Shown here piece after piece: positions 52,082 through 60,952 of a DNA stretch of 64,000 bases. The position numbers and the translations under genes are program-made. Each line of letters begins with the position of its first letter. Position 1 is the stretch's first letter. The stretch comes from Candidatus Cloacimonadales bacterium (GTDB lineage Bacteria; Cloacimonadota; Cloacimonadia; Cloacimonadales; JAFGVF01), in assembly GCA_963678315.1 (NCBI GenBank), contig OY782781.1:320001-384000 (forward strand). The letters are read 5' to 3'. The notes beneath the pieces are model-generated. The model was not told the DNA's origin. It ran no database searches and worked only from the letters and a program-made list of their open reading frames with translations.

Positions 52082-52161
52082 TCTTGATCTATGAAACATA
52101 GAGGTTTGGCAAAGTAACTTCTACTAGATATAGAAGACCATTTAATCTAATACTTAAATAT

Positions 52162-52199
52162 GAGCTATTGTTCCTTGATAAAACAATAGCTCTTTATTT
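52162..52199 (+). terminator. intrinsic terminator closing the PEGA/FGE locus
   Basis: GAGCTATTGTT/AACAATAGCTC stem plus TTTATTT. Confidence 0.75.
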
Positions 52200-52596
52200 G
52201 ATGTTACCCTTGTAAATTTGATTTAGTCTATATTTCAAACTAGTCTAACATAGTTTTTTATAGCAGAAAATTATTAGCCTGCATCCCAATTGTTTAAATT
52301 GATATATATTATATGGATAGCTGTTCAATCTTTTAGCTTAATTGTTACAAGAATTAGTTTAAACTTTATTGAACAATATTCAACATATTTATTTAGTGTT
52401 GCAGTTCAATCATCATTAAGCATTCTTAAAGCACTGCTATTGTAGGCCTTATTAACTTTTTATCTTGCTATTTGTTAAGAAATATAAATATTTAATAATT
52501 TTTTCTTAAAAAAAAAGGCCTATTATTAATTTATTTATTGACAAATCTTTTGCAAAGCCCTAAATATGAAACATACATAAATTAAAGGAGATTTTT

Positions 52597-52764
52597 ATGA
52601 AAAGTTTAAAATTATTATTATTAGTTGTTTTTGCAGTTGCAGTTCTTGCTGGTTGTGAAAAGAAAGCTGAAGACAAAAAAGCTGAAGACAAAAAAGCTGA
52701 CGAAAAGAAAACTGAAGAAGTAGTTGACGAAAAAGCACCTGCAACAGAAGAAGCTGCAAAATAG
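52597..52764 (+). CDS. small charged lipoprotein (55 aa), absent from the ORF track
   Basis: MKSLKLLLLVVFAVAVLAGCEKKAEDKKAEDKKADEKKTEEVVDEKAPATEEAAK; AAAGGAG RBS, LAGC lipobox, TTGACA at 52538, own terminator. Confidence 0.88.
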   Translation: MKSLKLLLLVVFAVAVLAGCEKKAEDKKAEDKKADEKKTEEVVDEKAPATEEAAK

Positions 52765-52835
52765 TTTATTCTAATTAAGTGTTTCTACTATCTGGAAGCA
52801 AATTCAAATATTAAAATATTTGTTTAATCAAATTT

Positions 52836-52864
52836 CTGAGATTGGTTTCAATCTCAGTTTTTTT
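52836..52864 (+). terminator. intrinsic terminator after the small lipoprotein gene
   Basis: CTGAGATTG/CAATCTCAG stem plus T7. Confidence 0.85.
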
Positions 52865-52978
52865 ATGCTCTGTTTTACATTCAAAACTACATTTCTCATA
52901 ATTCAATCTACCTTTTAATTGCAATAGCTTATTACAGCAAGTCCTTTATAATGTCCAGTCCTAAATAATTTGACTGTT

Positions 52979-53617
52979 TTTCGTGTTATTCGTGCTTTTC
53001 GTGGTAAACTTCTTTGTTTGCAGATAAAGCTTAGCCTTTATGTCGCCCTTTCAGGGCTTTTTTTATTTTTTGACTATTACATGGAGGGCAAGCCTCCATG
53101 CTTAGTATATGCCACCCCTTCGGGGTTTTTATGGATAGCATCTCCTCAATTCATCATTCTTCATTTTTCCCCTTTATCCGTGCTTATCTGTGTAATCCGT
53201 GGCTAAAAACAATTAAGACTTTCTTTCGTGTTATTCGTGCTTTTCGTGGTAAACTTCTTTGTTTGCAGATAAAGCTTAGCCTTTATGTCGCCCTTTCAGG
53301 GCTTTTTTTATTTTTTGACTATTACATGGAGGGCAAGCCTCCATGCTTAGTATATGCCACCCCTTCGGGGTTTTTATGGATAGCATCTCCTCAATTCATC
53401 ATTCTTCATTTTTCCCCTTTATCCGTGCTTATCTGTGTAATCCGCGGCTAAAAACAATTAAGACTTTCTTTCGTGTTATTCGTGCTTTTCGTGGTAAACT
53501 TCTTTGTTTGCAGATAAAGCTTAGCCTTTATGTCGCCCTTTCAGTGCTTTTTTTATTTTTTGACTATTACATGGAGGGCAAGCCTCCATGCTTAGTATAT
53601 GCCACCCCTTCGGGGTT
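52979..53617. repeat. 245-bp tandem repeat, about 2.6 copies
   Basis: TTTCGTGTTATTCGTGCTTTTCGTGG at 52979, 53224 and 53469; units nearly identical. Confidence 0.95.
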
Positions 53618-53803
53618 AGACGAACGTCCGTTCGTCTCTACAAATTCACTTATAACTTCGTTCTAAGTGAAGCCAGCTCGGAGGCTGGCGATCCCAGTAA
53701 CTCCTCACTCCTAACTTCTTTCACTCCTAACTCCTCACTCCTAACTCCTAACTTAAGGGTCTCCTTGAAAAAATGGCCTTTTTTCAATGTGGCAAGTAAG
53801 AGT
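53618..53803. repeat. distal part of mosaic repeat island 4
   Basis: GTAG-type hairpin 53618-53641, CACTTA/GCCAGC module 53643-53698, heptamer tract (TAACTCC/TCACTCC) 53698-53753, hairpin ending GGCAAGTAA. Confidence 0.85.
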
Positions 53804-53908
53804 GGAGAGACCTTTCGCAAAACGTCTAAATATCAAACTCTACTCATTCCCCATTATTTCCTTTCTAACAGCCTCACCCAAGAAGCCTCACATTACAAAT
53901 AAAGTAAA

Positions 53909-53947
53909 AGGTCCTATCTCATCTAAAGGAAAGATTTGATAGGACCT
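53909..53947 (-). terminator. probable terminator after the M16C peptidase gene
   Basis: AGGTCCTATC/GATAGGACCT stem with a U-run on the minus strand. Confidence 0.65.
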
Positions 53948-53991
53948 AATTTTTAATTCTAAATATATTATAGACTATTTAGTAAGTATAA

Positions 53992-56916
53992 TTAAAAGAT
54001 GCTACTTACAAGATCAAATAGTTCTTTATTTTCTTCAATTTTAGCAGAATTACCAACAGTAACTCTTACCCCATTTTCAAGGACTTGTTTAAACATAGAT
54101 GAATATGCTTTTAAGTCTTCTAAGCTAGTTGCAAGTAGTTCTTTTCTGTTTTGCTGTCTCATTTCAGGAGTTAAATTCTTATCAGCTAAGACACGTGCAG
54201 TATTTAATTTAACACTAGCAGTTAAAGGTACATCCATAGATGCAATAGAGCCGATAATTTGCTTAGTTAACTCACTCTTAGAAACCTCTAAAGTATCCAA
54301 GAATTCAGGAATACCTTTATATACATCATAAGTTCTTTCAAGGTTTGGATCACGATAAGAAACTAAGCTAAAATGTCCACCATCTCCTATGTTGAAGATA
54401 GCGCCATAAGCACCACCTTGAACACGAATATTGTTGTATAGATATCCAGAAGGGATAAGATTATTTAACACATTAACCTGACCTTTATATTCCATACCAA
54501 CTGCTTCGTAATCGCATATTAAGCCAACATACTGTACATTGATTGGAGCACCTAAACCAATATGTTTAATATCTTTTGCTGGTTCTAATATTTGAGGAGC
54601 AAGATCTTGCTGAGCTAGTTTACCAACAAACTTATCTACTTGTTTCATAACCGCAATATTATCTTGATGCTCTCCACTGATAGCAATTTTTAACTGGCCT
54701 TTTCTATAAATTTTATTATAAACATCTGTTAATTTTGCTTGAATATCTTGATATTTTGATTCAAAGTCTTTTTCAAGTTCAGCAACAAATTTATAGTAAG
54801 CAAGATTTGAAGTTTGATTATAGAAATCATATTCTGGACGTAATTGAGCTCTTGCTTGAGTGATAGCCACAACATGACCAGCTTGCATAATCATCATTTC
54901 TAAACGAGATTTATTCTCTCTGATGATTTGAAGAATACGTTCTTTATTATCAAATTTAGAGTTTAAGAGAACTTCTTCAAGCATACTAGGAATAACATCA
55001 ATTTTGTTCATAAGTGATTTGACATTAATTTTAGCAGAAATAGCATAGTCATTTCTACCTTTTAAACTTGGTGTAAAATCACATTCAGTAGAAAATTCAC
55101 CTAAATCAATATGAATTTCTTTAGATAAATCCATGTAATTATAGTTTTTAGTATCAATTCTTGTTAACATAGAATTGAGTAATCCTAACCACTTCCAATC
55201 CTCTCTATCAAGAACTTGAGCATTAAAATCAAATCTTAAATATGCAATTTTATTTGTTTGATCTTCCAATTCTAAAAGTTGATAATCTTCCTTATCTGTG
55301 ATAGTGTAATCTACAGCTTGTGGCTTTGGATTGATGTCTTCTAGCTCGATATGAGGAACTTTAGCCAATTCTTCTGGAGCATCAGGTGTTTGCTGTCTGT
55401 TTCGAAGAACATTGTTCTTTTCAATAAGTTTAGTGAGATCTTCATCTGACAAGTTAGCTTTAAAGTCAGAAAGCTTTTTATCAAGATTAATCTTAGCCTC
55501 TTCATTCATGCCTTTCTTTGGAAGAAGAAGAATTGTACTTTTATGATTATTATTAAGAATGAATTTCTCTACTAGAGTTTCAAAATATGGTTCAGTAAGA
55601 GCCTTTTTAATAGTTTCTAAGCGTTCTTCGAACTGCAAGTATAGTTCTGGACTATCACAATGCATCCAGCCCTTAAATGCCATCATTTGATAGAAAAGAC
55701 CTTTAGGGAAATTACGAGTATCAGCTTCTCTTAGACTAAACTCATTAGAATTGATAACAGCTTCAATTAACTTTTTGTCGATTCCTTTACATACTAAGTC
55801 TTTCAAAGTTTCATCAATAATCTTCTTAATCTCAGCTTTTTGGTGCTCATTAGTATTTTTTACTACAATACTGAATACTGGTTGTAAAATAGAATCATTA
55901 TAAACCCCAAAGATATCTTGTCCTAAACCTGCCTTTAACAGAGCTTCTTTCAAAGGAGCTCCCTCAAAATCAAGTAATAATTGACTTAGCATACTGAAAG
56001 CCATATTTGTGGTAGCATCTTTAACATTGCCAATTGTATAGTTAACACTTACAAAAGCTTTATCCTCAAGAGCATCATCTTCAGCTACAGGATAGTAAGA
56101 AGTTTCTTCTTTTTCAGCTTGGAAAGCTTCTTGAGGTGCAATATGAGTATCAATATCTAAAGCTTCGAAATTAGTTAAATATTCATTATCTATCTTTTTA
56201 AGAGCTACTTCTAAATCTAAATTACCATACAAACAGATATAACTATTGCTTGGATGATAATATCTTCTATGGAAGTTTAAAAATTTCTCGTAAGAAAGTT
56301 CTGGAATAACAGCTGGATCTCCACCAGACTCATATTGATAACAATTATCTGGATTCTGGATATTTTGTATCTTACGGAAAATCATTGATTCTGGTGATGA
56401 AAAAGCACCTTTCATTTCATTATAAACAACACCATTATAGATAACTTCATCTTCTTTATTGAAGATTTCATGATGCCAACCTTCTTGTAAGAAGATTTCT
56501 TCTGTATCATATATTTTTGGGAAGTACACAGCATCAAGATAGACATCCATTAAGTTCATGAAGTCCTTTTGATTAGTAGAGGCTACAGGGTACATTGTCT
56601 TATCCGATGCAGTAAAAGCATTAACAAAAGTCTTCAATGAACCTTTAACTAGTTCCATGAAAGGCTCTTTTACTGGGTATTTGCGTGAACCATTCAAAAC
56701 TGAATGTTCTAAAATGTGCGGAGTTCCACAACTATCTTCAGGAAGTGTTTTAAATCCAACAGTGAATACTTTATTTATATCATCATTCTTTAAGTATAAT
56801 AGTTCTGCATTATTCTTTTTATGCCTAAAGAAGTAACCTGTGTTTCCTATTTCTTTGAAATCCTTTATCCAAAGTAACTCAAAGTTTTCATAGATTTTAC
56901 CTTGTACTAAGTCCAT
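53992..56916 (-). CDS. M16C insulinase-family peptidase (presequence protease/PreP-like)
   Basis: Inverted Zn motif HILEH, NAFT..DKTMYP, GVVYNEMKG, IRVQGGAYG, SYRDP. Confidence 0.93.
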   Translation of the reverse strand: MDLVQGKIYENFELLWIKDFKEIGNTGYFFRHKKNNAELLYLKNDDINKVFTVGFKTLPEDSCGTPHILEHSVLNGSRKYPVKEPFMELVKGSLKTFVNAFTASDKTMYPVASTNQKDFMNLMDVYLDAVYFPKIYDTEEIFLQEGWHHEIFNKEDEVIYNGVVYNEMKGAFSSPESMIFRKIQNIQNPDNCYQYESGGDPAVIPELSYEKFLNFHRRYYHPSNSYICLYGNLDLEVALKKIDNEYLTNFEALDIDTHIAPQEAFQAEKEETSYYPVAEDDALEDKAFVSVNYTIGNVKDATTNMAFSMLSQLLLDFEGAPLKEALLKAGLGQDIFGVYNDSILQPVFSIVVKNTNEHQKAEIKKIIDETLKDLVCKGIDKKLIEAVINSNEFSLREADTRNFPKGLFYQMMAFKGWMHCDSPELYLQFEERLETIKKALTEPYFETLVEKFILNNNHKSTILLLPKKGMNEEAKINLDKKLSDFKANLSDEDLTKLIEKNNVLRNRQQTPDAPEELAKVPHIELEDINPKPQAVDYTITDKEDYQLLELEDQTNKIAYLRFDFNAQVLDREDWKWLGLLNSMLTRIDTKNYNYMDLSKEIHIDLGEFSTECDFTPSLKGRNDYAISAKINVKSLMNKIDVIPSMLEEVLLNSKFDNKERILQIIRENKSRLEMMIMQAGHVVAITQARAQLRPEYDFYNQTSNLAYYKFVAELEKDFESKYQDIQAKLTDVYNKIYRKGQLKIAISGEHQDNIAVMKQVDKFVGKLAQQDLAPQILEPAKDIKHIGLGAPINVQYVGLICDYEAVGMEYKGQVNVLNNLIPSGYLYNNIRVQGGAYGAIFNIGDGGHFSLVSYRDPNLERTYDVYKGIPEFLDTLEVSKSELTKQIIGSIASMDVPLTASVKLNTARVLADKNLTPEMRQQNRKELLATSLEDLKAYSSMFKQVLENGVRVTVGNSAKIEENKELFDLVSSIF

Positions 56917-56924
56917 TTTATCTC

Positions 56925-57803
56925 CTATTTTATTAATTTATATCTTTTTAAACAATCTTCTAATTTAGTTCTATTATCTTCTTCTAGTAAAGTTAAAGGC
57001 AACCTTATTTCCTGTTCAATCTTACCCATCATGGCAAGTGACTCTTTAACTGGGATTGGATTAGTTTCTATAAACATCATGTTGTTGAGTTCTAAAATCT
57101 CTTGATGTAACTTTCTAGCTTTATTCCATTCATTATTCATGCAAAGAGCCCATAAAGTGTGTACTTTCTCAGGAATTATATTTGCTGTAACAGAAATAGT
57201 CCCTTTTACTCCAACAGAGTATAAAGGTAGATTTAAAGCATCTTCACCTGACATAACAGAGAATTTATCTTTCATTTCGCTGATAATCTTTGAAGCTTGC
57301 AAAATATCTCCAGTGGCTTCCTTGATACCCACAATATTCTTAAATTCTTTAGCCAGCTTAATTGTGGTTTCGGCATTCATGTTAACCCCAGTTCTGCCTG
57401 GAACATTATAGATTACTATAGGGATTGTTACTGATTCAGCAATCTTCTTGAAATACTCGAAAAGACTCTTTTGAGTAGGCTTGATATAGTAAGGAGTTAT
57501 CACTAGAGCATAATCAGCTCCAATCTGCTCTGCCTTCTTTGTTAATGAGATTGTTTGATGATAATTATTTGTGCCTGTTCCTATCATTACTGGAACACGC
57601 TTGTTTATCTTTTGTATACAAAATTGAAGTAATCTTTCACGTTCATCAGATGCAATGTTTGGAGATTCTCCTGTAGTCCCCATTAACAATATACCATCTA
57701 TCTTGTTTTCTATTTGAAATTCAATTAAATTTTCTAGGGCGTTATAATCTATTTCATTGTCCTTAAATGGCGTAACCAAAGCAACATAAGCACCTTTTAA
57801 CAT
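56925..57803 (-). CDS. dapA: 4-hydroxy-tetrahydrodipicolinate synthase
   Basis: ALVTPF, GTTGES, YNVPGRTG, GIKEA, ETNPIPVK. Confidence 0.95.
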   Translation of the reverse strand: MLKGAYVALVTPFKDNEIDYNALENLIEFQIENKIDGILLMGTTGESPNIASDERERLLQFCIQKINKRVPVMIGTGTNNYHQTISLTKKAEQIGADYALVITPYYIKPTQKSLFEYFKKIAESVTIPIVIYNVPGRTGVNMNAETTIKLAKEFKNIVGIKEATGDILQASKIISEMKDKFSVMSGEDALNLPLYSVGVKGTISVTANIIPEKVHTLWALCMNNEWNKARKLHQEILELNNMMFIETNPIPVKESLAMMGKIEQEIRLPLTLLEEDNRTKLEDCLKRYKLIK

Positions 57804-57952
57804 AATTAAAGCTCCTTTAATTGTCTGTAATTTACTTTAATAACCATTATATAGTTACTTATTTAATAAGTCAATATGTTTAAGGAAAATCTTGTTTTTC
57901 TAATATCTAGCACAAGTGTAGAAGAACAAAAAGAAACATTTTTTGGGCAAGC

Positions 57953-57982
57953 AAAAAGAGAGTGCCATAAGACACTCTCTTT
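57953..57982 (-). terminator. intrinsic terminator after frr
   Basis: AAAGAGAGTG/CACTCTCTTT stem plus U-run on the minus strand. Confidence 0.8.
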
Positions 57983-58003
57983 CAATTTATATAAGTTTAG
58001 ATC

Positions 58004-58558
58004 TTAAACTGTAAGAACTTCACTTTCTTTATTCTTTGTAGCTTCATCAATCTTAGCAACCCAAGTATCTGTTTGTTCTTGGATATCTTTCAATAAACGA
58101 GTTTCATCGTCTTCTGAAATATCTGAAGCTTTTTTCATTTTCTTTGCTTGTTCATTAGCTTCTCTTCTAACGTTTCTTGCAGAGATTTTTGCATCTTCAC
58201 CAAGCTTCTTAACTTGCTTAACGATTTCTTTTCTTTTATCTTCTGTAAGAGCTTGGAAAGGTAATCTGATTACATTTCCATCGTTTTCTGGAGTAACACC
58301 AATATTAGCAGCAAGTATAGCTTTTTCTATATCTGCTAAAGTAGTTTTATCCCAAGGCTGAACAACAATTTGACGAGGTTCAGGAGTACTAATATTAGCA
58401 AGCTGTTTTACAAGTGTAGGAGTACCATAGTAATTGATTTTGATATCATCTAAAACTGCTGGTGACGCTTTGCCTGTTCTCACCTTACCAAAGTTATTTA
58501 ATAACGCTTTGTAAGCTGCTTCCATTTTGTCATCTACATTAAGTAATAATTCTTCCAT
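58004..58558 (-). CDS. frr: ribosome recycling factor
   Basis: VRTGKASP, YYGTPT, RNVRR, ISEDD. Confidence 0.97.
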   Translation of the reverse strand: MEELLLNVDDKMEAAYKALLNNFGKVRTGKASPAVLDDIKINYYGTPTLVKQLANISTPEPRQIVVQPWDKTTLADIEKAILAANIGVTPENDGNVIRLPFQALTEDKRKEIVKQVKKLGEDAKISARNVRREANEQAKKMKKASDISEDDETRLLKDIQEQTDTWVAKIDEATKNKESEVLTV

Positions 58559-58572
58559 AATATCCTCGCTAT

Positions 58573-59313
58573 TTATGAATTAGTTACATCATTACTAACA
58601 AAAGTACCAACGTTCTTTTCATGAATTGCTTTTGCTAAATTTCCTTTAATAGATAAATCAAACACTTTTACAGGAATGTTATTCTCTTTAGCTAAAGAGA
58701 AGGCTGTCATATCCATTACATTTAATTCTCTATTGATAGCTTCTTCAAAAGTAATCTCTTGAATAAACTCAGCATCTGAGTGCTTAGCAGGATCTTTAGT
58801 AAATACTCCCGCAACTTTAGTACCTTTTAGGACCAAATCTGCTTGAAGTTCTGCTGCTCTAAGAACAACTGCTGTATCTGTAGTAAAGAAAGGATTGCCT
58901 GTTCCCCCACAAAGGAAAACAATTTTACCCTCTTTCATAGATTGAAGAGCTCTTCTTGGAGTATAAAATTTAGCTAACTTTTCAGCTTTAACTGCACAAA
59001 GAACTTCTGTTGAGTAATTCTTTATTTTCAATACTTCAGAAAGGTAGAGTGCATTCTGAATAGTGGCCATCATACCAATATTGTCTAGAGTTACTCTATT
59101 CATCTTTGCATTTGACCATGTACCACCTCGGAAGATATTACCTCCCCCTAAGACGATACAAATGCTATATCCAAGTCTTTTAACTTCGATAATATCATTA
59201 GTAATTCTATCAATCAGTTCTTCATCAAACCCAAAGCCCTTTTTCCCAGCAAGGAATTCACCACTAAGCTTGACAATTACACGATTAATCTTCTCTGGAT
59301 GATAAGCACACAT
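58573..59313 (-). CDS. pyrH: UMP kinase
   Basis: KLSGE, GGGNIFRG, GTGNPFFTTDTA. Confidence 0.96.
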   Translation of the reverse strand: MCAYHPEKINRVIVKLSGEFLAGKKGFGFDEELIDRITNDIIEVKRLGYSICIVLGGGNIFRGGTWSNAKMNRVTLDNIGMMATIQNALYLSEVLKIKNYSTEVLCAVKAEKLAKFYTPRRALQSMKEGKIVFLCGGTGNPFFTTDTAVVLRAAELQADLVLKGTKVAGVFTKDPAKHSDAEFIQEITFEEAINRELNVMDMTAFSLAKENNIPVKVFDLSIKGNLAKAIHEKNVGTFVSNDVTNS

Positions 59314-59337
59314 TATTGTTAATTCCTTATCTTGAAA

Positions 59338-59928
59338 TTAGATACTGAAACGTGCAAATCTAGCAACTTTGATGTTTTCACCAAGTTTGAAGATAGCTTC
59401 TTTTAATAATGTATCAATATCTTTTGAAGGATCTTTGATGTATTCTTGGAACATCAATGTATTTGTTTTACCGAATTTATTAACTACACCTTCAACAATC
59501 TTATCAATTATTTTTTCAGGTTTTCCATCTTGGATAGCTTTATTTCTAGCAATTTCTTTTTCTGTTTCGATTAATTTAGGATCGATATCTTCTGGAGATA
59601 AAGCGATAGGATCTGTAGCAGCAACTTGCATTGCAAGTTCTTTACAAAGATTTTTGAAATCGTCTGTGTTAGCAACAAAGTCTGTTTCACAGTTAACTTC
59701 AATCAAAACACCTATTTTTCCATTACCGTGAATGTAAGAATATACTAAACCTTCTTTTGTATCACGAGCAGCTTTAGATGCAGCCTTTGACATACCTCTT
59801 TCACGTAAGTACTTAACTGCGTCTTCTACATTGCCATCAGTTTCTTTTAATGCTTTTTTACAATCCATCATACCAACGCCTGTAAGTTGACGTAGCTCTT
59901 TAACCATTGCTGCAGTAATTGTAGCCAT
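59338..59928 (-). CDS. tsf: elongation factor Ts (short form)
   Basis: VKELRQLTGVGMMDCKKAL, NCETDFVA, LGENIKVARF. Confidence 0.97.
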   Translation of the reverse strand: MATITAAMVKELRQLTGVGMMDCKKALKETDGNVEDAVKYLRERGMSKAASKAARDTKEGLVYSYIHGNGKIGVLIEVNCETDFVANTDDFKNLCKELAMQVAATDPIALSPEDIDPKLIETEKEIARNKAIQDGKPEKIIDKIVEGVVNKFGKTNTLMFQEYIKDPSKDIDTLLKEAIFKLGENIKVARFARFSI

Positions 59929-59977
59929 TACATTCTCCTTATAATTAATTATAGTATTTATCTATTTATAATAATTG

Positions 59978-60006
59978 AAAAAAAAGTTCCCGAAGAATCG
60001 GGAACT
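59978..60006 (-). terminator. terminator/attenuator between rpsB and tsf
   Basis: AGTTCCCGA/TCGGGAACT stem plus U8 on the minus strand. Confidence 0.8.
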
Positions 60007-60011
60007 ATTAT

Positions 60012-60827
60012 TTATTCTTCGTCTTTATTTTCTGTTTTGGTAACTTCCGTAGTTTCTTCAACCTTTGCTTCTGCAGGAGCTTCTTCAACAGCTTCTGATT
60101 CTTCAGTTTGTTCAGGAAGTTCATTTGATACATTGCCTTCTTCTAAGATATTTCTACCTTCGATTACAGCATTAGCCATTACATCAGCAATTAAGCTAAT
60201 AGCTCTAATAGCATCATCATTAGAAGGAATCACATAATCAATTAAATCAGGATCACAGTTTGTATCAACCATACCAATTAATGGGATACCTAATTTTTTT
60301 GCTTCATGAATAGCGATAGCTTCTTGTTTTGTATCAACGATAAAAATAGCACCAGGTGTTCTTTCTAAATCTCTGATACCACCAAGTCCCATTTCAATTT
60401 TATCATGTTTTCTCTTCATACGAAGAGCTTCTAATTTAGTATAATTTGCAATAGAACCGTCTTCAGTAATCGCTTCAAAGTGTTTCATCTTTTCAATAGA
60501 TTGACGGATAGTTCTCATATTGGTAAGCATTCCGCCGTACCAACGATTATTTACATAAAATACTTCAGCTTTATTAGCAGCATCTTTAATAGCATCAACT
60601 GCTTGTTTCTTAGTTCCTACGAAGAGAATATCTTCTCCACGGCTTGCAACGTCTTTTAGGAACTGGTAAGCTTCATTTATAGCATCAACGGTTTGTTTTA
60701 AATCTAATATATGAATACCGTTTCTTTTGATGAAGATATATTTCTTCATCTTAGGGTTCCATTTATGAGTCTGGTGACCGAAGTGAACACCAGCTTCAAG
60801 TAGTTGTTTCATAGTTACAACTGACAT
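60012..60827 (-). CDS. rpsB: 30S ribosomal protein S2
   Basis: LLEAGVHFGH, WNPKM, PSNDDAIR. Confidence 0.98.
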   Translation of the reverse strand: MSVVTMKQLLEAGVHFGHQTHKWNPKMKKYIFIKRNGIHILDLKQTVDAINEAYQFLKDVASRGEDILFVGTKKQAVDAIKDAANKAEVFYVNNRWYGGMLTNMRTIRQSIEKMKHFEAITEDGSIANYTKLEALRMKRKHDKIEMGLGGIRDLERTPGAIFIVDTKQEAIAIHEAKKLGIPLIGMVDTNCDPDLIDYVIPSNDDAIRAISLIADVMANAVIEGRNILEEGNVSNELPEQTEESEAVEEAPAEAKVEETTEVTKTENKDEE

Positions 60828-60829
60828 TT

Positions 60830-60945
60830 TAAATTACTCCTGTTATTACGGTTAATTTTCTGCTCACGATTTACGCAATCCAGTCTTGAAATCAAGACAC
60901 CGCCTTGCAACTCAATAAGCAGGTTTCTGTATTAATCGAATAAAT
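60830..60945 (-). promoter_or_regulatory. probable rpsB (S2) autoregulatory leader
   Basis: Minus-strand nested stems CTGCT/AGCAG and GTCTTGA/TCAAGAC, with GCGGT able to pair with ACCGT near the RBS. Confidence 0.55.
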
Positions 60946-60952
60946 AAATCGA

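Noticed and set aside
52979..53617. Possible CRISPR array
   Set aside because: Whole 245-bp units repeat with no unique spacers, and there are no cas genes
43607..53900. A complete DGR cassette (RT, Avd, TR) in the window
   Set aside because: No RT motifs in any ORF and no AAC-rich non-coding copy of the variable region found by eye; only target-like genes are supported
52970..53902. Four overlapping ORFs (78-117 aa) in the ORF track
   Set aside because: They are by-products of the 245-bp repeat shifting frame in each unit; no RBS and no protein-like features
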